Part shown: positions 1-8,878 of the stretch, one piece after another | Numbering within the stretch: the stretch's first letter is position 1 | Layout: the number at the start of each line of letters is the position of its first letter | DNA from: Nitrospirales bacterium | Lineage (GTDB): Bacteria; Nitrospirota; Nitrospiria; Nitrospirales; UBA8639 | NCBI GenBank assembly: GCA_965223295.1 | Contig: CBDCWC010000003.1 | Span: 544,001 to 608,000, forward strand | Length of the DNA: 64,000 nt | Reading direction: 5' to 3' | Notes under the pieces: generated by a model | The model's database searches: none | Told to the model about the DNA's origin: nothing | What the model saw: only the letters and a program-made list of their open reading frames with translations | Program-made: the position numbers and the translations under genes

Positions 1-2
1 TA

Positions 3-521
3 CCAAAAAGGAAAAAGAAATCCCCCGTATACAAGGGACCACCCAATTAATGTTTTTTCCCAGGAACCTTCTGAGAATATGTCACTTATTGGATACCAAA
101 AAATGGCTGCTAATATGGTACCCGGAAAGATTAGTAATACGAACCCTAAAGAGCATACGATTTTAAACATCCATCCAAAATACTTAAGTTCCCTTTCTGT
201 GAAAAAGGGAAATTTATTGAGGGTTTCTACGTGGGAAAGAAGGAATATACGGTGGCAGTAAACAGCTAGCAATGCGAATACAAAGAGGCTTGAAATCTGC
301 GCCAGAAAATCTATTGCAATAAATAACAACGCCATGAGTCCATCATCTTTTTCCATATGCTCATATACGGCAACTAAGTCGCCGAATCCCGCAAGAATCG
401 CACCCACACCAATCCACCCCCAAAGGACTCGACGAGAGTCCCACGCAAACCCTAGAGCTTCACGAATCGTCGCCCAAACGGGAAGTTTTTTCTGAGGTTG
501 GCTTAGGATTATTTCACTCAT
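3..521 (-). CDS. Multi-pass membrane protein, runs off the window edge (partial); paralog of the 542-1459 pseudogene
   Basis: Manual translation from ATG 521: MSEIILSQPQKKLPVWATIREALGFAW...; hydrophobic; shares LPVWAT(I/F)REA with the neighbour. Confidence 0.7.
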   Translation of the reverse strand, partial: MSEIILSQPQKKLPVWATIREALGFAWDSRRVLWGWIGVGAILAGFGDLVAVYEHMEKDDGLMALLFIAIDFLAQISSLFVFALLAVYCHRIFLLSHVETLNKFPFFTERELKYFGWMFKIVCSLGFVLLIFPGTILAAIFWYPISDIFSEGSWEKTLIGWSLVYGGFLFPFW

Positions 522-541
522 AGCTTTAATTCAGTGTAAAT

Positions 542-1459
542 CTAAATTGGTAAACTCTTTTCCACGCTTTTATGGTCCGAATGGGAAGGCGTCCAATTCG
601 TGAGTTGACGAAAGGCATTTGAGAGTATTGCTACTTCAATGGGAGTAAAGAAAAACCAAAGGAAAGCCCAAAGAAATGAATCGAGGAAGGCAATTTTTTG
701 GAGTCCCCATAAGGCTAAAAACTCCTACCCCATCCCCAAGATGATGGGAATTCCACCAATTAATATAGCTATTTTCCAGCCATGCCCATTCGTTTTTTCC
801 CAAGACCATTCTAAATGCTCTCGCCAAGACCACTCTGAGCCGTCTTTCTCGTAAACTGCGAGGGCCGAACAAGCAAAACTGAACCGTCCAATTAAGTAGA
901 AAAACAGGGGGAAAACCGTTACATAGGAAATGATATTTCTCCATACTTAATTCTCTATAAAAAGGCCCACTATCAATTGGCCAAAAAACAACACCAGCCA
1001 AGCCCCTATATACACCAGAAGGATAAAACAGCCAAAATTTATTTGTTTTATTCCATAACGAGACAATTTCTCAGAGGTGAAATTGCCAAAGAAAAATGAC
1101 AACATCCTAGATTCTCTTATCCAATCGATAAACAATTTTGCATATTGATCATTGGTATTTCTCATTAGCATAAGGCAATAGCAGGAAATTGCCAGAGATA
1201 CAAAAACTTCTATACTCACAAGGAAAAGAGAAAGCTGAATGAAGCTTAGCAATACACTGAAGACCTCATGTAAATCTTTTTGGGAGCCAGGAAAGGGAGA
1301 AAATTCGTCAAGCCATAGTTGTAATCCTCCCAAGAATGAACCCAGAAGGACTCCACGCTGAAGAGTGGCCCAATGGTTTTGCCAAAATTCAACCGCTTCT
1401 CGAAACGTCGCCCAAACGGGAAGTTGTTTTAGAGAAATATTTTGGTCTACTTCATTCAT
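542..1459 (-). pseudogene. Membrane protein gene with two in-frame stop codons
   Basis: The frame of ORF 947-1486 continues past TAA (947-949) and TAG (725-727) as hydrophobic protein-like sequence (...FFYLIGRFS...WSWEKTNGHGWKIAIL...PIEVAILSNAFRQLT) to TAG at 542-544. Confidence 0.7.
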
Positions 1460-1629
1460 AGAGAGCACACCATTAACAACATACAAAGATATTTACTGTG
1501 ATCTACTCACTTATCGGCGGAGAGTGATACACCCATAGACAGGAGATAAGAACTAGCGTTACTGGGCAGGAAAATGATGAAATATAAGCATGATTTTCCA
1601 TTTTCCCCTGGCAGAAATGATGAGGAAGG

Positions 1630-1657
1630 AAAACGGCTCGGGTGTTTGCCCGAGCCG
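1630..1657 (-). terminator. Intrinsic terminator after the VIT-vWA gene
   Basis: Hairpin cggctcggg-N6-cccgagccg followed by a T-run on the minus strand. Confidence 0.65.
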
Positions 1658-1679
1658 CCTAAGAACAACAACTTTACAA

Positions 1680-4151
1680 CTATGTCACAGCTGGTTGCAG
1701 AGTTACATAGCGAACGATGGATAGCTTGGCTAACGCTTCTAATTGTTCGGGAGTCACATACCCGATGACCATGTGACCTGATTTGGGTTGTGCCACTAAT
1801 TTGAAGCCCAACTTTTTTAATTGGGACAGGGTCTCTTCTTTGTTATCTGTCAGCCAAACCTGGATCATAATTTTTCCATCATGAACCTTCGCAGACTCAT
1901 CAGGTGAAAAACTCTTTCCTTCCTTCCTTTTTTCCACCAGGGCCAATAAGAACGTATCTAATTTTGATTTCGGTTCATGACTCCCTATCGTGGAACGATC
2001 TTCTTCCAACTGATCTGCCATAGCTGGGGCCCTACTGTAGGCTTCTTGCGCCACGACCCCATTCATCACACTCTGCTTCATTTTAGCTATAGGTCGCATA
2101 GCGAAACTTCGCGCTGTTTTTACTTCGTGATCATCTCGCCCAAAGATTCCCTCATAGCTCACACCGCCTGGCAGTTCAACGGGCACTTCCACCCGCCGTG
2201 GTTGTCCACCTTCCGTGATGATCAGTTCTTCAACAGCGACAAATGAGGTAAATTGGGTCATCAGCCGATAGTCCAAACCTAATTGAGTAATGGCTTCTTT
2301 GATGTTGGCTCTGGTCGTTCCCTGCTGAATGCCGTTGTAATCTTGCGCCATCAAATCGGCGACTTTTGTGCGGGCCCAGAGGGTCGCTAAGACATCATGG
2401 TCAGGCTCAAAACCAGGAAAGACTACCTCAATTTTTCGTACCACCGGATGGCCAGCCACTTTGCCCTGTAATCGAATAGTGCCTTTTCCTGGCGTCATAT
2501 ATTGTCCAGTGACAATTAGTGGCTTGGCGCTGAATAGGTCAGGCAACCGCTTTGGGTAGACTTCCGACACATCTAGATCGTCCCAATCCACTGAAATATC
2601 TGTCAGCAGCGGATGTTGCACTCGTTGGTGAAAGCGGCGCGCGGCCGCCGAGCCATCATCTTGCAGCCCCACATATTCCACTTCACCACGACCATGCTCC
2701 GCCATTTTGTCCAACAAAAAACGATTAACGCTGGAACCAATGCCAAAGGCAAAGACTCTTGCATTGGAATGTTTTTGGATTTCCTCAACGATGGCCATAT
2801 CATTCCCGATATACCCATCCGTCATAAAACAGACGATTCTCAGATGTTCCTGAGAGTCGCTCGGATCTAACGCCGCACGAATCGCTTTCATCATTTCCGT
2901 GCCACCTCCACCTCTGCGGGATTCCAAAAACTGTTGTGCCTTCCGCACATTCACTGGCGTGGCTGGTACAGGTTCGGCAAACAAGATCCGCGTGTCCCCG
3001 GCAAAAGTAATGAGATTAAACGTATCCCGCGAGTTGAGCCCATCCATGGCGAGGCGCATGGTCTCTTGGGCTTTATCGAGTGGAAATCCCGACATAGACC
3101 CTGATGTGTCCAAAACAAAGACGAGTTCCTTCGGAGTGACGGCATCCGTCTTGACGCGATCCGGTGGCTGCAAGAGAAGGGTAAAGAATCCCTCTTTGCC
3201 ATTCCGATGCGTCAAAATCGCGTCACGAATATCTTCTCCGGCCACTGTATAGGTCAGGATAAAATCTTTATTAGGAATCGTGGCTTCTTCTTTGAGATGC
3301 ACATCAGCCTGAGAATCGTTCGAACTGGTTACCGCAATCTTGTGGGTGGTTGATTGAACATGGTGAATCGGCACCCCCGCATCAATCTCCACGGACAATG
3401 ACAGATCATGCCCTGAGCGTGTGCCTGGCTTCAGAACAGGCGGGGTGATATGTGAGGCGTCAGGAACTTGATCCGTATCATATGCCCAACCACCCCCTAA
3501 TGCCTGTGTTGGTGGCTCTTGTGCTACAGGTTGCCCCGGGATGTAGCGAGGTCCCACCACCATGGGGAACATGACCGAATACGTTCCACCAGCATAGGAC
3601 AAGGTCTCTACGTAACTGATCGTAATCGATATCTGCTCACCTGGCAGAATATTGGCTACGGACTGGGTAAAAATATTAGGGCGCTCCTGATCCAAGAGAC
3701 CTGCCATATTCCCACGACGTTTGGCCGCTTCATAAATGGCTCGGGCTTCCTCCCGTTTTTTGATCTTTCCCTTCACCACCCGATCGCCAACCGTCAATGT
3801 CATATCATCGACCGCCGCATTCTGCGGTAGTGGGAAGGTATAAACGGCTTCGATTTTGTCGGAATACGGATTTTCGAATTGTTGGGTCACCTGCGCCCGT
3901 GCAAGCGGCCCACTGATTTGAATAGCCACATCGGTGTGTTTGAGTGGAAAGGCCTGAGTTGGCTTTCCCTCTTCATCTAACCCAACTAATGCACCTGATT
4001 CGCTGCCCTCCCACTCAGTACTAGCATGAGCAACCGGACCAGGATTTACTCCAGACCCCGTCAACCCTAAACTCGAAAGAGCCAACACTCCTAGCAAACC
4101 ACCACCCAAGGCGCAGGTAACAACTTTCTTTCTACAATTTTTGACGATCAT
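1680..4151 (-). CDS. Exported VIT (vault inter-alpha-trypsin) plus von Willebrand A domain protein
   Basis: VIT motif (VTQQFENP...EAVYTFPLP); vWA MIDAS DTSGS and TDG; LLTQFTSFVAV-type tail; N-terminal hydrophobic segment; start chosen at the ATG after GGAGG. Confidence 0.9.
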   Translation of the reverse strand: MIVKNCRKKVVTCALGGGLLGVLALSSLGLTGSGVNPGPVAHASTEWEGSESGALVGLDEEGKPTQAFPLKHTDVAIQISGPLARAQVTQQFENPYSDKIEAVYTFPLPQNAAVDDMTLTVGDRVVKGKIKKREEARAIYEAAKRRGNMAGLLDQERPNIFTQSVANILPGEQISITISYVETLSYAGGTYSVMFPMVVGPRYIPGQPVAQEPPTQALGGGWAYDTDQVPDASHITPPVLKPGTRSGHDLSLSVEIDAGVPIHHVQSTTHKIAVTSSNDSQADVHLKEEATIPNKDFILTYTVAGEDIRDAILTHRNGKEGFFTLLLQPPDRVKTDAVTPKELVFVLDTSGSMSGFPLDKAQETMRLAMDGLNSRDTFNLITFAGDTRILFAEPVPATPVNVRKAQQFLESRRGGGGTEMMKAIRAALDPSDSQEHLRIVCFMTDGYIGNDMAIVEEIQKHSNARVFAFGIGSSVNRFLLDKMAEHGRGEVEYVGLQDDGSAAARRFHQRVQHPLLTDISVDWDDLDVSEVYPKRLPDLFSAKPLIVTGQYMTPGKGTIRLQGKVAGHPVVRKIEVVFPGFEPDHDVLATLWARTKVADLMAQDYNGIQQGTTRANIKEAITQLGLDYRLMTQFTSFVAVEELIITEGGQPRRVEVPVELPGGVSYEGIFGRDDHEVKTARSFAMRPIAKMKQSVMNGVVAQEAYSRAPAMADQLEEDRSTIGSHEPKSKLDTFLLALVEKRKEGKSFSPDESAKVHDGKIMIQVWLTDNKEETLSQLKKLGFKLVAQPKSGHMVIGYVTPEQLEALAKLSIVRYVTLQPAVT

Positions 4152-4352
4152 AACTTCCTCCATTGATTCCACGGCCCCATGCCGCTTCATCAGAGGAGAT
4201 GGCACCACATCACAAATCCTTTCAGGATAATGCTGAAAAAATTCTCGGCCTAAAATTGGTGGGGTTTTGTTGATATAATCTGGAATGCTCTTTCTTTCCT
4301 GCAGTTTTCCCTCTATTCGACAGAAAACCCGCACGAAGGACAGGAGCCCTTG

Positions 4353-5051
4353 ATGAAATATCTTTTAATCGTTTTATCCACATTGTTGCTTTCGGCCTGC
4401 ACTTCAAGCCGTGGATTCGACCGCGGGGAACTGAGAAGTCATATTGTAGAGCAAAAAGTCGTGACGGAAGAAGACATCCAGAAAGTGCTTGAGTTACAAC
4501 CGCAACTACCTCGACCATTCAATCTAGCTCTGTACTTTTCCTCACCTTCACAAACTAGATGGCGCGCTGAAAAATCTTGGAATTGGAGCGGAGAGGATAA
4601 AGATGTGTTGCTTGCAGTCAAACAAGGTCTCAAGGACAAAGGTATTGTTTCAGATGTAGTTCCCTTGAATGATTCTATTTTGGAGGGCCATGACCTCAAA
4701 GCCATTCGGCTCGCCGCGGCCAGGGCAGGAGCTGATGCGGTTCTCGTCCTTCATGGAGTCAGCGATGTCGATCGGTACAATAACAGCCTGGGCATGACTT
4801 ACTTGCTTATTGTCTCAGCGTTTTTCATTCCGGGTACCGAGGCCAACGCACTCTTCATGGTCAACGCCTCCATGTGGGATGTCCGTAACCAATACCTCTA
4901 TATGTCAGTCGAAACGGAAGGACTGGAAGATGAAATTCGTCCAGCGTACTTTATCGACGAGGAAGAATTACTTCAGGATGCCAAAACAACTGCTCTCGAT
5001 AACCTTACCAAGGAAATTTCCAGACGATTAGAAAGGATGGCGAACAAGTAA
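4353..5051 (+). CDS. Lipoprotein, resembles rhombotarget-lipoprotein family
   Basis: Lipobox LLSAC; PQLPRPFNLALYF...AIRLAAAR...YLLIVSAFFIPG...MWDVRN pattern; family call from memory. Confidence 0.65.
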   Translation: MKYLLIVLSTLLLSACTSSRGFDRGELRSHIVEQKVVTEEDIQKVLELQPQLPRPFNLALYFSSPSQTRWRAEKSWNWSGEDKDVLLAVKQGLKDKGIVSDVVPLNDSILEGHDLKAIRLAAARAGADAVLVLHGVSDVDRYNNSLGMTYLLIVSAFFIPGTEANALFMVNASMWDVRNQYLYMSVETEGLEDEIRPAYFIDEEELLQDAKTTALDNLTKEISRRLERMANK

Positions 5052-5136
5052 AGACAAAAATATATTTCATGTAGGGCGAGCTTTTCATTTCCCTCAAACC
5101 GCCAAATGACCTGATAAACCAGACCCTTCTTACCTC

Positions 5137-6612
5137 TTATTGTTGAAGAGGAATATCCACACGAAGCGGCTTGCCTGAGATGCCACCAGACCGAACCACA
5201 TAGACGGTCTCCTTGGTGCGCTCAATCTGAAGACCTGACATGTTGATAGTCTTCCCCAGCCATGGGCCAAGATTCTTTAAGGGTCTTGGAGAAAACAACA
5301 CCCTAATGGAAGACACCACTAACTTCTCCATTCTATTGGTGACTACTCCCAGACGAAATTCTTTGGTTTGATGAGGTTCAACCGAAAATTCATCTTGCGT
5401 GACCTCGCCAGCCACCCGAGTCGTATGAGCAAGTCGCTGCCATTGCCCCCTCCCTACGGGCGCCAGAACATAGAGAAATCCAGGCTGGTTGGGTTCAATG
5501 GTGAGTCGGACATTCCCCCAAGATCCCTTGAATTGGAATCCATCACTAAATTCCTTTTCTTGCCCATTTGTTTCCTCCACAAAGCTGTACCGAATACCCA
5601 TAGCCCTTTGAATAACCTGTTCTTTGGCTGCACTTTGCCCTTGAAGAGGCTTGGAGCCTTTCTTTTTCGCATTGGAACCTTCCGCATCGGCATTCACGGA
5701 ATGACTGTCATTTCTCGATTGTCCAGGAGCGGCATAAAAGAGATCCAGAGCTCCCGGTTGAGATGATGATTCTTCACGAGCAGCCTGATCCGCTAGTGAC
5801 TCCTGACTGGGGGTGAGAAGAGGGGACGGCGGGACAGCGACCTCAGCAAAATCTGTCCCGGCCACCGCCGGAATCGGTGGATCACCCGGTGGCTGGTTAG
5901 ACTCTGTCGACATGTCTGGAGCTTGAGAGACCTGCTCCAATAACCTCACTGGCGGTGAATTACTCTTGAGTTCATTCTTCACGCGCCTTTCCTTCGTTTC
6001 CTCTTTTCTAGCTGGCTCATAACTTTCTACTCGACTCGCAAGGTTGGCCTTATCAGTCTTCGATTCAGCTAAAGGAACAGATGTCCGAGCAGATTGAAGC
6101 TTCTCGTCACTTCGTCTGGCTTTATCATCCTCCTTCTGTAACGCGACGGCAGACTTCTGTTTTTCTACTTTTGAAGGCTGGGGATTTTTGGCAATGATAA
6201 TATCTCTCTCAGAAGATACTTTTTTCTCTGGCTGAGCCTCAGGCCGCTCTTGTTGTTGATTCTCGCTCACCACAGGGCCCCAATCTTTTTCCATTTGCCA
6301 CCCAAACATGAACGCTAGGCCCATAGCAGCAAGACTGCCAACCCAAGCCAGATAGGATGGTTGGCGAAACCAACTCATTCGTGAGCTTTGGGAAGACGAC
6401 GCTTCTTGAAAATTCTCCGTCGCGCGAAGGCTGGTCAGGATTCGTTGTCGAGCCTCCGAATCGGCTAACAAGGCTTTTAACGACTCTTCATCAGCCAACA
6501 CATCAAAAATAGCTTGATCATGAAGAGCGGCATCAAACAATTGATGCTTTTCTTCCTCCGACAGGGTATCCGTGGCGTACCCACCAAGGATCTGTTCCCA
6601 AGACTTTGACAT
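5137..6612 (-). CDS. Putative anti-sigma factor: N-terminal helical domain, one TM helix, low-complexity linker, DUF4384-like C-terminal domain
   Basis: Overlaps the ECF sigma stop codon; TM YLAWVGSLAAMGLAFMFGW; VRLTIEPNQPGFLYVL motif. Confidence 0.65.
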   Translation of the reverse strand: MSKSWEQILGGYATDTLSEEEKHQLFDAALHDQAIFDVLADEESLKALLADSEARQRILTSLRATENFQEASSSQSSRMSWFRQPSYLAWVGSLAAMGLAFMFGWQMEKDWGPVVSENQQQERPEAQPEKKVSSERDIIIAKNPQPSKVEKQKSAVALQKEDDKARRSDEKLQSARTSVPLAESKTDKANLASRVESYEPARKEETKERRVKNELKSNSPPVRLLEQVSQAPDMSTESNQPPGDPPIPAVAGTDFAEVAVPPSPLLTPSQESLADQAAREESSSQPGALDLFYAAPGQSRNDSHSVNADAEGSNAKKKGSKPLQGQSAAKEQVIQRAMGIRYSFVEETNGQEKEFSDGFQFKGSWGNVRLTIEPNQPGFLYVLAPVGRGQWQRLAHTTRVAGEVTQDEFSVEPHQTKEFRLGVVTNRMEKLVVSSIRVLFSPRPLKNLGPWLGKTINMSGLQIERTKETVYVVRSGGISGKPLRVDIPLQQ

Positions 6613-7169
6613 TACCCCACCGTCTCCTTATTTGGTCTAGGTCTTTTTCCCTGTAGAGAAATCGTCTCCCATTGGCCGCCCATTAACACCAGCAGTTCCT
6701 TACGACACCGCGAATCCCATGCATAGATCGTATTAATGGACTGCTCCCCCAACACCTGCTGAATCTCAGGAAAGGAATAGCCTTCCATTTTCAAGCGAAA
6801 CAGCCTTCGACAACGTTCGCCCAGTTGCAGCAACGAGGTAATTAGATGAGTCACCCGCTCTTTTTGTTCGGCTTGCGCGGCTGGATCATCTCCCGGCTCA
6901 ACAAGTGGATAATCATCCACCGACTCCTGGTTGTATTCCCCCCGCCTTAACATTTTTCGGTGCCGGTCGAGCATTTTATAACGGAGAATTTGAAATGAGA
7001 GGGGGACCAACTCCGTCAATTCTTCAACGTGGGGATATTTTTCGTGCAGCACCACCATGACATCCTGAGTGAGATCTTCGGCTACTTCCCTTGAACTACG
7101 AGATGTCGCAAACGCCACAATCCTTTCACGCAACTGTTGTAAAATCTCTTCTCGCTTTATCCTTGCCAC
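6612..7169 (-). CDS. ECF-type sigma-70 family sigma factor
   Basis: Region 2 AEDLTQDV; region 4 LGERCRRLFRLKMEGYSFPEIQQVLG. Confidence 0.85.
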   Translation of the reverse strand: MARIKREEILQQLRERIVAFATSRSSREVAEDLTQDVMVVLHEKYPHVEELTELVPLSFQILRYKMLDRHRKMLRRGEYNQESVDDYPLVEPGDDPAAQAEQKERVTHLITSLLQLGERCRRLFRLKMEGYSFPEIQQVLGEQSINTIYAWDSRCRKELLVLMGGQWETISLQGKRPRPNKETVG

Positions 7170-7311
7170 TTAGGTTCCTTCAGTATGTTAACGCTTCGAG
7201 CATTCCACTTGCCGACCTTATCCTAGTCTACCATTTTAAAACACAATGCCAGGTTTGAGACGTTCTCTATCTACACACTACCCTCAACGAACGCTAAAGA
7301 GAAGAGAATCT

Positions 7312-7791
7312 TCAAAGTGAGGTCAAATATACAGCAATCCCCAGAACGGTCAAACTGCATAAGAGAATAGCACGCTGGATCCACACGACCTTGCCGGAAA
7401 ACAGCAAAGGTGCTGTCTCGGTCTCTTGGCTCTTTCCGATCGCTCCATAAGGATCCAGGATGAGATCATGAACGAAGATCAATCCACCCACAATGGCAAA
7501 CACAAAGAGTTTGAACATCATGATCAAACCCCAATTGGTTTCAATACGGGCTGAGCCGCTTTCATCAAGTAATTGAGACGCCCCCGTAAAAATAAGGGCC
7601 ATCAGACTCACCCAGCCAACCGTCTTGAAACGTTGCCCCATTTTTCTGGCCATTTCCAAACCCTCTTTCGACGGTTTCTTGGTTTTGCCTTCTAGAAGAC
7701 TGGGTCTCACCGCTAATTGAAAAAATAGCCACCCCCCGATAAATGTGATGACGGCTAATAAATGTATCCAGGTCACGACAGACGCAGCCAT
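7312..7791 (-). CDS. CopD-like / DUF4149 four-TM membrane protein
   Basis: WIHLLAVITFIGG...VRPSL motif, four hydrophobic helices. Confidence 0.65.
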   Translation of the reverse strand: MAASVVTWIHLLAVITFIGGWLFFQLAVRPSLLEGKTKKPSKEGLEMARKMGQRFKTVGWVSLMALIFTGASQLLDESGSARIETNWGLIMMFKLFVFAIVGGLIFVHDLILDPYGAIGKSQETETAPLLFSGKVVWIQRAILLCSLTVLGIAVYLTSL

Positions 7792-7982
7792 ATCTCCACT
7801 CCGTTTACATGCGATTAGGACAACGTCCCCAATCATACCCACTAGTCGGGAGAAAGACTACTGTCTTAGCATAAAGTGCTTGGGAATTTTCTTTCAAATT
7901 TTTCGCATCATGGCGCACTTCCAGCAATAGGCTTTAGAATGGTTCCTGATATGTTCAACTATTTTTCTCAGGAGACCTCTCA

Positions 7983-8645
7983 ATGAACCAGCGATTTGAC
8001 ACAATGCCCTGTCGTCTTATTTTTTGGTGTATGACCTTGATGCTCCTTACAAGTGCCAATTTTTCGTCTTCTCTGACGTGGGCTATCGAACAGGATCAAA
8101 TCCGTTGGGACAAAAAATACGCGACGGAAAAGTATCTGTTCGGTCAAGAGGCGATCCCATTTTTGCAGGAGCATGTTGATTTGCTACCTCAAGGCCAAGT
8201 ACTAGACCTAGCAATGGGAGAAGGACGCAATGGAGTCTTTCTCGCAACCAAAGGGTTCACTGTCACCGGAGTAGATATTTCGGCGGAAGGGCTCAAAAAA
8301 GCGTCCGCTCTGGCAACTAAACGTCATGTTGCGATCACAACGATTGTCGCCGATCTTGATACATATGAAATACCGCCAAATACATTTGCTGTCATCATCT
8401 GCACGTACTACTTCCAACGTGATTTATTTCCCAAAATTGTGGCCGCGCTGAAACCTGGCGGCATGGCTCTGATTGAAACCTACACGACAGATCACCTCCA
8501 GTACCGCCCTCGATTTAACAAAGCCTGGTTATTGAAACCCAACGAACTCCTAACCATCCTCCCTGGCCTTCGGATTCTCCGCTATCAAGAAGTAAATGAT
8601 GGCCATGCCGCCTTTGCCAGCATCCTGGCTCAGAAACCACAATGA
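7983..8645 (+). CDS. Class I SAM-dependent methyltransferase (TehB-like)
   Basis: VLDLAMGEGRNG, VTGVDIS, LKPGG. Confidence 0.85.
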   Translation: MNQRFDTMPCRLIFWCMTLMLLTSANFSSSLTWAIEQDQIRWDKKYATEKYLFGQEAIPFLQEHVDLLPQGQVLDLAMGEGRNGVFLATKGFTVTGVDISAEGLKKASALATKRHVAITTIVADLDTYEIPPNTFAVIICTYYFQRDLFPKIVAALKPGGMALIETYTTDHLQYRPRFNKAWLLKPNELLTILPGLRILRYQEVNDGHAAFASILAQKPQ

Positions 8646-8721
8646 CAGGGCAATATCTCAACGGCCCATTTCCCAAACGATTTCATTTCTCCCACTCTCC
8701 GTCATTCTCATTTCCTACGCT

Positions 8722-8793
8722 GTCATTCCCGAGAAAGCGGGAATCCAGGCCTCATCTCGGCAAATGGATACCCACTAACAACTTGGGGGAATA
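8722..8793. repeat. GTCATTCCCG-type palindromic REP-like element
   Basis: gtcattcccgagaaagcgggaatccag with a degenerate right arm; a second copy lies at 22663. Confidence 0.6.
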
Positions 8794-8878
8794 CCAAAAA
8801 TGTAAAGGTTGCAGCTTTCCTGAATCTTCCGGTACCCTTGCAGCTCACTCTGACCCCTATGACATATCATCAATTGTT

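Noticed and set aside
636-1001. 121-aa ORF as a separate gene or frameshift partner
   Set aside because: The more protein-like continuation is in the frame of ORF 947-1486, reading through the stops.
1511-1537. Sigma28 promoter (GCCGATAA on the minus strand)
   Set aside because: The -10 element is perfect but the -35 element is poor; not supportable alone.
8642-8878. N-terminal extension of the large methyltransferase
   Set aside because: It translates through a palindromic repeat; ATG 8879 is more plausible.
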